This document shows positions 44,688-64,000 of a DNA stretch of 64,000 bases, piece after piece. A program made the position numbers and the translations under genes. Origin of the DNA: Hormiphora californensis. Its lineage: Eukaryota > Animalia > Ctenophora. How positions within the stretch are numbered: position 1 is the stretch's first letter; each line of letters starts with the position of its first letter. Location of the stretch: contig CM035353.1 in assembly GCA_020137815.1 (NCBI GenBank), positions 8,618,001 to 8,682,000 on the forward strand, read 5' to 3'. The notes under the pieces are model-generated. The model searched no databases. It was not told the origin of the DNA and saw only the letters and a program-made list of their open reading frames with translations.

Positions 44688-46716
44688 GGTGCTTATTAGG
44701 TAACGAGACACGGTGACAACCCCCCATTTGATTTCAGGGCTCAGGCCATCCCCAACTCCCACCCCCTAAATATTACGTTATTGATTTTATCCTTATCTGT
44801 TCATTCAATTAATTGATCAATTAGTTTAATTTAAAATGTTGAAATTATCTGTATTTCAGAGTTCTGTGCGGCACAACCTCTCTCTACATAAGATATTCGT
44901 GAAAGAGGATCCACCTTCAAGTCTCAAGTCCAAAGGGTTCTTTTGGGCACTTGATCCCCAGCTAAGTGAGGAACAGCGCTGGCTCTCCCTGCAACCAAAG
45001 CGACCTAGAGTAAGGGTATGTGTGAAACAAGTTTCTGAGGCTGTATGGTTGTACACTGAAGGGTCTCCCTGTATTATAGCAAACAGGTGTGATCTTTCTC
45101 TCAGTCAACTTCAATAAATGAGCCCCTCAGGGCTGTGCTTCTACTGTACCTGTATCACACATTTAACAGTCATATCCAAGTTCGCCAGTGAATTGTAGAA
45201 CGCGTTCATCTGACTCCGGTCCTCTATCACTTCCGGTTGGGTTGTAATTTAGAGGGATACAGGGGAGATGACGGAGGTCAAAATGGGGAGTGGTAACTGG
45301 AAAGATAGATAGAGAGAGAGTGACAAATTTTCCGCACGGTTTTAAGTTAAACTAAGAATCAATAATTGATCATTAAGATCTAAATAAATACACAGTTGGC
45401 AGCCAATGTTAGCCCGTTCAATTCATCGATGCAATCTGGCCACAGGGTCGGTGTGAGGGACAGTAACGCGCGAAGAACACCAACCCCCATCTCCGTGGAA
45501 AGTTTTTCTGTAGGAATCTAGTGTGGCAGGGAGTGGAGCGCGCACGCCAGGAGCGGTACTTTCGAAAATATGAATTTAGACCTGCAGCACCCATGTCCCA
45601 TCGGGTCCAGTGAAGCAGGGTCCAGCGAAGGCTGGGTCCAGTGACCAGTGAAGCAGGGGCCTGGTGACACCAAGTTAATGATTTGATACTAATTGTCCAT
45701 CCCGTTTCAGAGTGGTGAAGGATTTGTAACACGCAAGGTGACTGCCAGTCAGATGGTCGTACCGTACGGACGGCAGTATTCATTTCGGAGTCCCATGAGC
45801 CGTCCTAACTATGGACAGTATAGCTCCAGACACACGGGGAGACGAGCTAGCGATGAAAAACGAAGTAGACCCAACATCTTATCCAAAGTTAGTAGATCTA
45901 TTCGTCCCACCCGCTCAGGCGCTCATGGTTTTTTCAAGTGTGACGATTTCCAACCCATCTTCTTTGCAGGGACCATCCCATCTACGATCACCTCCCCAGC
46001 CTACAGGAGCTGCCCTTCAATTGACTCCCCCTCAGCAGTCACTAGTTAACCTCAACCAACTGTTCCATCGGCACCATCCCAATGATATGACATCTCCTCG
46101 AGCCACAACCATCCTCCCCCAACTCCTCTCATCTACCCCTGTTAAGGAACAGACTTGGGAGGATTTCAAGTCAACAGCAGACGCCCAACTACCCAACCTA
46201 TCCCACTACATAGGAGACACAAGTGTTGAAAGCGGACTGACGGACATGTCATGTTCCCCTCTCTCGGACACACGTCCGGCCGTAGCTATTTTCCCGGTGG
46301 CTTTTCCTACCAACATGGTAAAAATGGAGAGAGCAAGGAGTAGTGATTCAGGTAGTCAGGCACCCCTTTCTCATTACCCTGCTAGTCTGGACACAACATG
46401 CTCTTCTTCCTCTTCGGGGTGCTCTCCTCCTATTGAGGGTAGTAGCAGCACTAGTAGTACTAGTAGTAGCAGCACTAGTAGCACTACATGCAAAACAGAA
46501 CAATTGAGAACTGATGAGATAAACGATCTCATAACACAGTTTATAACAGAGGGTGAGTTGTGTATTTTAAACGGTAGTCTCTCCACTACACCCCTCCGCA
46601 AGTACTTAACAGAGGACTCAGGAGAGACTGCCCTCTCACTGGACCTTGATTCTCCCAAGTGCACTAGCAAGAAAAGAGAACCGGTTCGGAGGTCTCTCGA
46701 AGACTCGATGAAATGA
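42051..46716 (+). CDS. Forkhead transcription factor, FoxM-like, copy 1 (~7 exons)
   Basis: DDSLTNMEWL; forkhead split over 43663-43829 (KPELTFAMLIYKAI..WK) and 44860-45009 (SSVRHNLSLHKIFVKE..FWALDP); C-terminal STPVK/TPLRK CDK-type sites. Subfamily is inferred. Confidence 0.85.
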
Positions 46717-48069
46717 GTTGTTATTAAGTGTGGGAATCTGTGTATTACTAACAGTAATAATAACTTGAGTTGGGATACAATTTGGTACGGGCTGGTATTT
46801 AGCACTGATTAATATTGTTATTCGAATTTAATAATAGTAGTAATAAAATTGACAGTGCTACTTCAGACGAAGCAATCCCGCGATCTATTATCTAATTAAT
46901 ATGTTGATGGTCTAGAACAGCTGAATAGTTTAGTGGAAGTTTAAGTTAAATTGAAATATCGCTGCATGTGTTGTTGTTTTGTTACAAAGCTTTATTTGTA
47001 CAGTGCTTAATTTGTTTTCTACAATTTGGTCAACTGTGTGAATTAAGAGAGAGGGAGAGAGATGATCAGGGATATTTTCAACAGTTATAATTCCGGAGTT
47101 CTACACTAAAAAAAGCACAGGCCCACAAAAATGAACCGCTGTTACACATTATATTTATCTTATGAAGACTGTTAAAGTAAGATCCAACCTAAAAAGACCC
47201 GAACTTGGATTATGTGAAATTTCCCACTGTCAATGGTCATTGCTTCACCCCTTGATGAGATAGAGACTTGAAATATTGTAGGAAATACTCGATATGATAT
47301 ACAACCTAATTACAAAGATTCAAGTCTCTATCTCATCAGGGAGATGTGGAGCAATGATTTAATGAAAATGACCATAGAAAGTTTCGCAAAACTCAATAAA
47401 AGTCTTTTTAGCTTTGGTTTCACTCGAGCGGCTCCACCCTCAAAATCATGTGGTGTTTCAGTTTTTGCTTAATTAAAACTGTTCAGTTTTGTATTTTTTT
47501 TGTTTCTTTACAAAAATGAATTGTTTGAAATCTGTCTACTAAAAATATCAAAGTGAGGCCAAGGGATTTATGGCCTTATGGGTTTCATTACATTGCTGCG
47601 TGGTGTTGAAACTTCAGGAAATGTACGCGCGTTATTTATTTGCGCGCTCGCTTTATTTCGATTAATTATTGATGAATTTTCGCAACTTTCAACTTCGGCC
47701 GAAAAATTTAAAAATTGGAAATCCAAAAATCAAAAATGTTCTCGAGAAGCCTCTTTGAAAAGCGCTGCCTTATCCCGCGCTATCTAATCGGGGGCCAGCA
47801 ACGTTTGCCAAGAAGCCTCTACTACTTTTAGACACCAACAGTGTCTACCCTATCTGCCCATGCCCTACACATAGAAGTCATTGAATAAATAGGTCTACCC
47901 AGGTCGCGGCCCTTAACTCCCCTTTACACTTTCGAAAGTGAGCTAGTATGTCAGGCGTAGGCTGTTGGTGCGTGCTCCATTATTTTACACTATTGACTAT
48001 AAAGTGGTATATATATAAATGATTGTATTACATTTACATCTCTCGTTACCTCCAATGATCTGTGATAGA

Positions 48070-51000
48070 ATGTATAGCACACGAAACCCACCCGCCACAT
48101 TCAGCACAGGATACACAGTTACCACCCAAAATGTCATCACTGAACCATACCCTAATCCAGGTACCTATTCACTCAAGATTCATTGTCACTCAAAATAGGG
48201 AAGTTGTTGGGTAGGTACATCTAATCATTATGATTATGACATTATTTTCAGTTCCTCGCACAGTAGGTCCGCGGTACAACTTTCCCAAGATGAATAAGGA
48301 CCATTGTTACAAGTATCCCCCCAAATATAACCTGCACCATTCATCACAGGGTAAGTTTACAAGACATCCAAATGAGCTATAAATAGAGCAGAAGGACAGC
48401 TTTTGGGTGACCTCCCTGTAGACTTCGCCTATGTCTATGTAATATGGATATCATCCAAATGAGCTAAACCAACAACTCTCAGGTCGTATGAGGGGTGGTG
48501 TTGACCAGGATGACAGTCTAACCAATATGGAGTGGTTGCCAGATGTTTCCATCCCGTACATGCAGGAGGTTCGCTGTAGAATCACAGAGGATGACGTGAA
48601 ACAAAATAGGAAACAGAGTCGCTCACTTCTTGAAGGTGTATTAACGACTCAAATAAAAATATAAAACAGTTGTTAAGACACAAAATTGTACAACTCATAT
48701 CTTTCAGTTGAAAGGGACTGTGATCCAATTTATAAGAAACCTGAACTGACCTTTGCAATGCTCATCTACAAGGCAATAAACAACAGCCCTGAGAAGAGGT
48801 TGCAATTGTTCCAAATCTACGATTGGATAGAAAGCAACTACCTCTACTACAAACACACCTCTCAACAAAACTGGAAAGTACGTTTAGCTTGATCCGTTTA
48901 GGGATCATTATTTCTAGAAATTATATTCCAAACCTTCCCCCGTATTCTGAAAACAATACTCTTTACGTACACTCGCATGTCTTTCTTCCTCGCGTAGTAT
49001 ATGGTCGGGTTAAATGCAGAGTTAATTGGCATGGGTATCGTGATCAACCATACAAACACTTTCAGGCTTGAAGTAGGGATGGGATGGGACAAAGATCTTC
49101 CCAGAAAGATTGCGTAGAGTAGATTGGTAGTTGTAAAAAGAGTACATAAAGTTAAAACCGTGATAGTTGCATTGATCTTGTTTCGGTCATTGAACGGGGA
49201 CTTGATGTGTTTATAAAGTAGCGCAACACAAGCAACACTACTTGAGATTATTACAGTGGAAACGTGTACTAGGAGGGTTATAAAAAGCACCCAATTGTAG
49301 ACAGCAACTCCAAGTTGGATTTCCAGAACTCCGACCACTAGGGTAGCTAGTGTTCCCTTTACCACCATGTATACCATATATCCCACTGCAAAAGCCGTAG
49401 CTTTGAACCGGACACAGTAAAACGGGTAGAGAAGGGACAGGGTTCGAGAGAGACTGATTATTACTGTTATAACTGCCGTCACTTCGACAAATCCATAGAA
49501 TATAGCAGATGTTATGGTATAAAGTATTCGAATTTGTTTATCGTAGAACTCAACAAATGTCCACAGTACACCTAATAAAAGGGGTAGGGGCATGTTATTT
49601 TAGTTTTCACAGCGGCATCACAAATGCAACTGGAAAGTGGAAAATAATAATAAATCACACGATAGGAAATGACCAATTAGAACGCCGGATTAATTTTTTT
49701 ACCTGATACACACACCATGGTATCAGAGATATTGAGTAGAAGGAACAGACGATCTGGTAGGGTGGTTGATCTGCGGTGTAGGAAATATGACATAGAGAAG
49801 CCGTTAGTTACCAGTCCAAATAGCATTATAGTGGTAGTGGTGAGAAATACACTCCTCAAGTTAGGTGGGATATCAGGCATGGTAGTGTTAGTTGACATAA
49901 CTTTATAGGGATTTGTCATTTGAGGGTAATTAGTTTAGGGTATACCGGTAATTAGTATAGCACACAACACTAACACAAGAAGAACATTAACATTAGGCTG
50001 CTGTTCACGGAGGGAGCCATAATGCAAATGACAAGGTTCAGCTTTACCGAATCATAATATTATTCCTTATATACGAGACTATTCTAAAACGGTGTGTAAA
50101 AACACCCTTCATTATTTTGCGACGTTCATCACGAGGTGGCAATACAATTTAGCAATTTAACATCTGTCCCCTGTTACATCTGCTACTCAGAGCTAGCGTG
50201 ATCCTGTTTTTCAGCAGGGGTGGCGGAATAATTTTTCTTCAGTACTGGTGGGCTTTGCCCATTCGACCCTCTCTCTCTAAAATAAAATAAAATGGGTTTG
50301 AACAAAACAACGGGGGCTGTTCTTTTTTTGCGAGCAAAATTTGCTTGATTTTTCCAGTTAAAATTCATGCCTCTAGTTCGGGCGAGAAATTTTAGGTTTT
50401 TAGTGCAAAAAGTCGTGTCATCGTTTGAGACAATATTTTGAAGTTTTGGGGCAAAAAAAGTCAGTGTTTTAGCTAATTTTGGCACGCCCCAGCCCCAGAA
50501 GTTTATAACATTCTCGCACGCAGATAGTTAGTGTATAAGTTAGATATTCTACAAAGTGAAATGCAGGGACCAGGGATAAATGTAACAGATGGCAGCCATA
50601 TTAAACCATTTAGCGGAGGTTTTCCTTCATTATGTCACACAAATGTTGCAGCCAGTGATTACTAGAACCACTATACCCATGAAACTGCTGGCTCATTCAA
50701 AATATGGATTATCTGCATTTTGTAAGAGAAAAAAGGATTTATTGAGTAAGGGGTTACTTACTCAACAAAAAAGGATGGCCTATTTCCATTTGAAAAAGGC
50801 CATCCTTTTTTGTTGAGTATTACTTACTAAGTAACCCCTTACTTGGAAATTCCAACGAACTGTGACCATTACCGAACTTAAGTTGAGAAACTAGATAAGT
50901 TTCTGCTTTATAACATAGGTTTTATGTTTTTTAACAAACGGTCCTATTTTCAGAGTTCAATACGGCACAATTTGTCGTTACACAAGATATTTGTGAAAGA

Positions 51001-52433
51001 GGATCCTCCACCAACTCTCAAATCTAGGGGGTATTTTTGGGCACTCGATCCAAAGCTCACAGAAGAACAGAGATGGCAATCGATTCAACCCAAAAGACCA
51101 AGGGTAAGTCATTACCTGTCACCAGTCACATGTGAAATGTGTCGAAGTCTTTGTGGCAATTTGTCACAATTGATCATTGTAATTGTTTGTCACGCGCGAG
51201 AAGGTTTCTAAGATAAGAGGTTTTTTATAGGCGCCTAGCGTGCCAGGGAAACGTGCGCGCACATTTGCGTGGGAATTGTTCAGGACCCAAGAACTTCATT
51301 GAAGTCTTCAATGCCTTGTTACTTCCGTAACCCTCGCTTCGCACCGGGCCTCCACTTCAATGCCACTACTCTTCATTGTCCCACTTCCTGAACAAGGAAC
51401 CGATACAATTTATTTGGCTACACCTTTTCTATTTTCAGAATGGTGAAGGATTTGTTACGAGGAAAGTGGCGGGACACCATACTGCTATGATGGTGCCCTA
51501 CGGAAGACAATATTCATTCAGGAGCCCTCTCCACATTCCCCGGAGAGTGTGTTCAGTTGCCAACCCCCCTATACAAACAAACACTCGCACTAAAACCAGC
51601 AGGAGGGCACTAGGAGAGAAATCAATTGATACTTCAAACAATAATAAGGTGACTGTGTAGTGTGTGATAGTCGACAACTACATGACATCCTCCCTCTTGT
51701 TCCAGTTTTTGTTACATTTGTTTGGACCCTCGAAGTCGTCATTTACAAAAGATGAAACAAAAACTGGAATAATCGGGAGGGATCGATGTAATTATCGACT
51801 CTAGCCAATTATTTTTCGATATAATGATTTGTCCCATCAGTTTCTAACCCATCTTCTTTGCAGGGACCATCCCATCTACGATCACCTCCCCAGCCTACAG
51901 GAGCTGCCCTTCAATTGACTCCCCCTCAGCAGTCACTAGTTAACCTCAACCAACTGTTCCATCGTCACCATCCCAATGATATGACATCTCCTCGAGCCAC
52001 AACCATCCTCCCCCAACTCCTCTCATCTACCCCTGTGAGGGAACAGACTTGGGAGGATTTCAAGTCAACAGCAGACGCTCAACTACCCAACCTATCCCAC
52101 TACATAGGAGACACAAGTGTTGAAAGCGGACTGACGGACATGTCATGTTCCCCTCTCTCGGACACACGACCGGCTGTAGCTATTTTCCCGGTGGCTTTTC
52201 CTACCAACATGGTAAAAATGGAGAGAGCAAGGAGTAGTGACTCAGGTAGTCAGGCACCCCTTCCCCACGTCTACCCTGCAACGTCTACATCATTCAGTGA
52301 TAAAACAACCCCAGACCAGCCAGCCAGACAATCAGTAGATTCAGTGCTAGGGAAGGGGGAGATCAGTGAGCTGATCACTCAGTTCATTACCGATGTAGAG
52401 CTGTGTATACTGAATGGAAGCTTTGCATCATGA
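48070..52433 (+). CDS. Forkhead transcription factor, FoxM-like, copy 2
   Basis: Same exon layout as copy 1; forkhead exons ~48708-48877 and 50954-51103; last exon from ~51864. Confidence 0.85.
48898..49919 (-). CDS. Class A (rhodopsin-like) GPCR nested antisense in a Fox intron; exons 49919-49703 and 49571-48898
   Basis: Seven hydrophobic segments; GLVTN, LNISD, SLSRTLSLLYPF, NSAFNPTIYYAR. Confidence 0.88.
50745..50845. repeat. Small hairpin / MITE-like inverted repeat
   Basis: agtaaggggttactta..ctcaacaaaaaaggatggcc and reverse complement. Confidence 0.65.
51669..51800. repeat. Imperfect inverted repeat filling most of a Fox copy 2 intron
   Basis: agtcgacaactacat..ttccagttttt / aaaaactggaa..atgtaattatcgact. 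Confidence 0.6.
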
Positions 52434-53641
52434 ACAGTGTGTCACAGCTGGGATCATCCCGGCCATTGTGGTACTGTACAGTACACTACACTAATAGGCC
52501 CTGGTTTCCAGAACCGTGAACACTCAAAGTGATAGCAAGATGAACTTGGTTTAACTGTGACTGACAGCTTCTAGAGTTGGAACTATCACGTGTTTTTGAA
52601 TGCTAAAGTGTTGGTATTAATTGCGTTTTAGTTTGCACTCTGCAAAATCAGACATATTTTCTTGCCACCACTCAGTAAACAAGTAAAACAAACTAATTTG
52701 GTTTAAGGTAGAAACTTTTAGAAAACAAGGAGTCATTGGTAATACCCAGATATATCTCTTGTTCATATCTTGTTGCTGTATAACACACACATAACACCTT
52801 TGGGGTATAACTTTCTATTGCACGTGGAACATAGGATATCTAAAAACCATTCTGATACTGTCCAAGTATTAGGTAAACATTAGGTAGGCAATTTTCCAAA
52901 ACGAAAGTGTCATTAACTACAGGTCCTGTAGTACAGGAGCAAGGCAAAGTTAAACTACCTCTCCCATCACATGACTCCTCACTCCAGTTCCCAAAATATG
53001 GCGATTTTAATACCAAAATGATCTAAATTAGACCAAAAAAAGGGCACCAATTGGTTAGATGTTACCAATCAATGAAACTTGTCACAGATTGGCCACATTC
53101 CACCAATTTGTTTGGTCTAACTTGTTAGAAATAATTTATTGTAGAACTACAGCCAACACAATCAGCACGTGTAACATGATCAAACACACAATAAAAACCT
53201 TCTACAAGGTCACCTCTCTCTCTCTCTGTCTCGATCTAGTTAGGGTGGAGGGGGTCCTATTGAGAAACGGAGAGACATTTTCAATAGATTCATATCATTG
53301 TAAACATGGCAAGGTATTCTCTCTGGCGGACCTCGTTTTGACATTTCGCTCAGATCGGGTCGGCGGTACCAAACACACCAACAGTAACAAGACATTTCGA
53401 GAAATGGAGCGCACATAATAAAACATAAAAGCACGCACGTCCTCTTGATTCACATTATATCTGAACGGCTCCCTCCGAGGTGGGTCACAAGAAACATAGA
53501 AAACAGCAATCTTCTTGGGGGGGGGGGGGTCCTATAATAGTGTCTCATGTATAAAATATACTCCCACCTTTCTAGCATAGCTAAGAGATCTGTATATAAT
53601 TTAATGGTAGCTTCCTCCCTGGATATATCTTAATTAAAACC

Positions 53642-61975
<8,334 letters not shown>

Positions 61976-62904
61976 GGAAGAGGGTGGCATTAGAAACAAT
62001 CAAGGAGGAATAATAGGCTGACCCCAACAAAATTATTGAGAGCATTCATGGCACATATTGGGTACAGTTACAATATATGGATCATAAATAAATCCGGTTG
62101 CGTTGGATTTGTTTTCAAAAGCTGATTCAGAAAAGCTTCGTTGAGATGGGGGTTTCCAGACCACAGTCATGTCGTGATTATGGTGTCAACACCATTATCA
62201 CGACAGTCAGAACAACTCTAAATTTTCAAAATTCCAATCTTCAAACTTTCGTTTGTTCATAAAGCTGGCCAGTGGCTAATTCAAACATTCTTTTAGGTAC
62301 CTTATTATTTATCAAACCCCACCCCAAACCGAAATTCTAATCTTATAGGAGGGCACACTATACTAGTCCCTGGAAAATGACTAAGGCGGTTCAAGGTGTC
62401 CGCCGCACAATTTTTTCCCCGCCCGGGTGAAGGCCGAAGGCCTTCACCCGGATGCCTTTTGCAAAAAGGCATAGGGGTTTAGAAATCTAAACGGATATAG
62501 TGACTATGTGTAGCAAGTCAACTCTCTTGTCCCGTTTCAGGTTGCGAGGGGCAAAATGTAGCAACTAGAGCCGCGCACACAACAACAACCTGCTCCTTCA
62601 TAAACCACTTCATTGACACGTTTTCAGGATATGTGTGGCGCGCAATTCCACAATGTGGCGCGCAATTTAGAGCTACTAAAACACAAGGATTTGTTCTATA
62701 CTGTTTGCGCAATCGATGTATAAATGATCCGAAATGTCTGTCCCGCCTTCGTGTTAGAAATGAAACGTTGGCGGGGAAACATAGCATTTATTCTTGTTCC
62801 TGCTATTTTTGCAAATTTAGTCCGCCCAATGTGTCCCAACATCTAAAACCAACCCAACCGCACACCGTGTATAATAGTTGAATCGGTTGTATCTCCCGAT
62901 CTTC

Positions 62905-63118
62905 AGTACTGAGAGATACTTGGTAGTTTCTCGACCTACCTTCGGTACTGAGAGATACTTGGTGGTTACTCGACCTACCTTCGGTACTGAGAGGTACTTG
63001 GTAGTTTCTCGACCTACCTTCGGTACTGAGAGATACTTGGTGGTTACTCGACCTACCTTCGGTACTGAGAGATACTTGGTGGTTACTCGACCTACCTTCG
63101 GTACTGAGAGATACTTGG
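62905..63118. repeat. 39-bp minisatellite, ~5.5 copies
   Basis: gtactgagagatacttggtggttactcgacctaccttcg. Confidence 0.9.
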
Positions 63119-63219
63119 CATGATGTCTGTGAAAGGACCTCCTCCATCTAACATTACATCTCGTCTTACTACTGGTAACAGAAGTAGCTGACTAAATAAT
63201 ACTGTTTGTGAGTTATTAA

Positions 63220-63589
63220 AGTGAGAGTGGACCGACACAGAATTGGACAAGATTGTTGTGGGTAGTAGAAAATAGTTCTTAGAGCATTTTGCTTTTTTCC
63301 CGCTTAAAATTGACCCCTTCATCACGGAGATATTTTTGTTACAATGGGAGAATCACGTCACTAATTTATCTCTGTATTCTCTTTGTAGGCAGTACATCGG
63401 GCATGCCCGGGTGCACAGTGACTGTGCACTGCACACACATACAGAATTATAGCAGGGATAGATTGGTGACGTCATTCTCCCGTTCAACAAAAATATCTCC
63501 GCAGGGAAAAAGGCAAAATGCTCAGAGAACTATTTTGTACTACTTACATACAATAATCTTGTTCAATTCTGTGTCGGTCCACTCTCACG
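63220..63589. mobile_element. TTAA-flanked MITE with ~75-bp TIRs (Kolobok-like)
   Basis: ttaa|agtgagagtggaccgacacagaattg ... caattctgtgtcggtccactctcacg|ttaa. Confidence 0.8.
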
Positions 63590-63671
63590 TTAAACCGAAT
63601 TTTTGCCGATTTTTAATCTCCTGCATGTGGTCAGCAAAAAATGAAGACAAATTCATTAATTTGCGTAACTC

Positions 63672-64000
63672 ACACACAGGATATTAAAAAAATAAACCTC
63701 CTAAAATGAGTCAGTACTCAGCACACTCACAGCACAGTGACTCAATACACTAACACGCATCATGAACACCACTCTAGGATTGAGTTGCTGTTTAGTTGAG
63801 CAGGATAACCGCTGATTGGGGGTGTATCCGGAATGGTAGAGAGGAAACTACCTAGCTGAGATTTGAACTGATAAAGAAATAAGAATTGGGGCCTCCTTTA
63901 CAGTTCGAGGCAGAGTGTTCCACAACCTTGCCCCCAGTACCGCAAATGATTGTTCATATAATAACAACAGGTTAGATTGTTGAGCCTCGTACGAGTGTCG
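63672..64000 (-). mobile_element. 3' end of a CR1-group LINE
   Basis: Minus-strand SFAVLGARLWNTLP..FKSQLGSFLSTIPDTP..NSNSILEW; 3' UTR resembles the short insert at 40716-40790. Confidence 0.75.

Noticed and set aside
53059-53460. Extra terminal USP exon or small gene
   Set aside because: The USP frame already ends at 53642 after CYLFFY; ORFs here lack motifs

Overview
This is eukaryotic animal genomic DNA, inferred to be ctenophore and probably Pleurobrachia. The basis is compact multi-exon genes, (GA)n-filled introns, an 'SRT...NPxIY' GPCR and a ~114-bp hAT MITE whose translation I recall from Pleurobrachia gene models; I could not verify this by search. Left third: five co-oriented minus-strand genes separated mostly by short gaps (CD225/dispanin, secreted PAN-domain protein, catalytically dead trypsin-like/LDLa/GPI protein, SAP-acidic protein, and an ADAR/ADAD-like protein missing all three zinc ligands), plus a 600-bp-arm foldback downstream of the ADAR-like gene. 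Middle (21-42 kb): a nest of transposons (CR1-like LINEs, inverted CRE-like RLE copies, a Helitron, MULE/hAT/Kolobok/Tc1-like MITEs, an element carrying two tRNA-like units) around a frameshifted SMAD MH2 exon. Right: two tandem FoxM-like genes with mosaic identity, a GPCR nested antisense in an intron of the second, and a USP37-like deubiquitinase with transposon-filled introns. Exon structures were read by eye and need RNA-seq confirmation.
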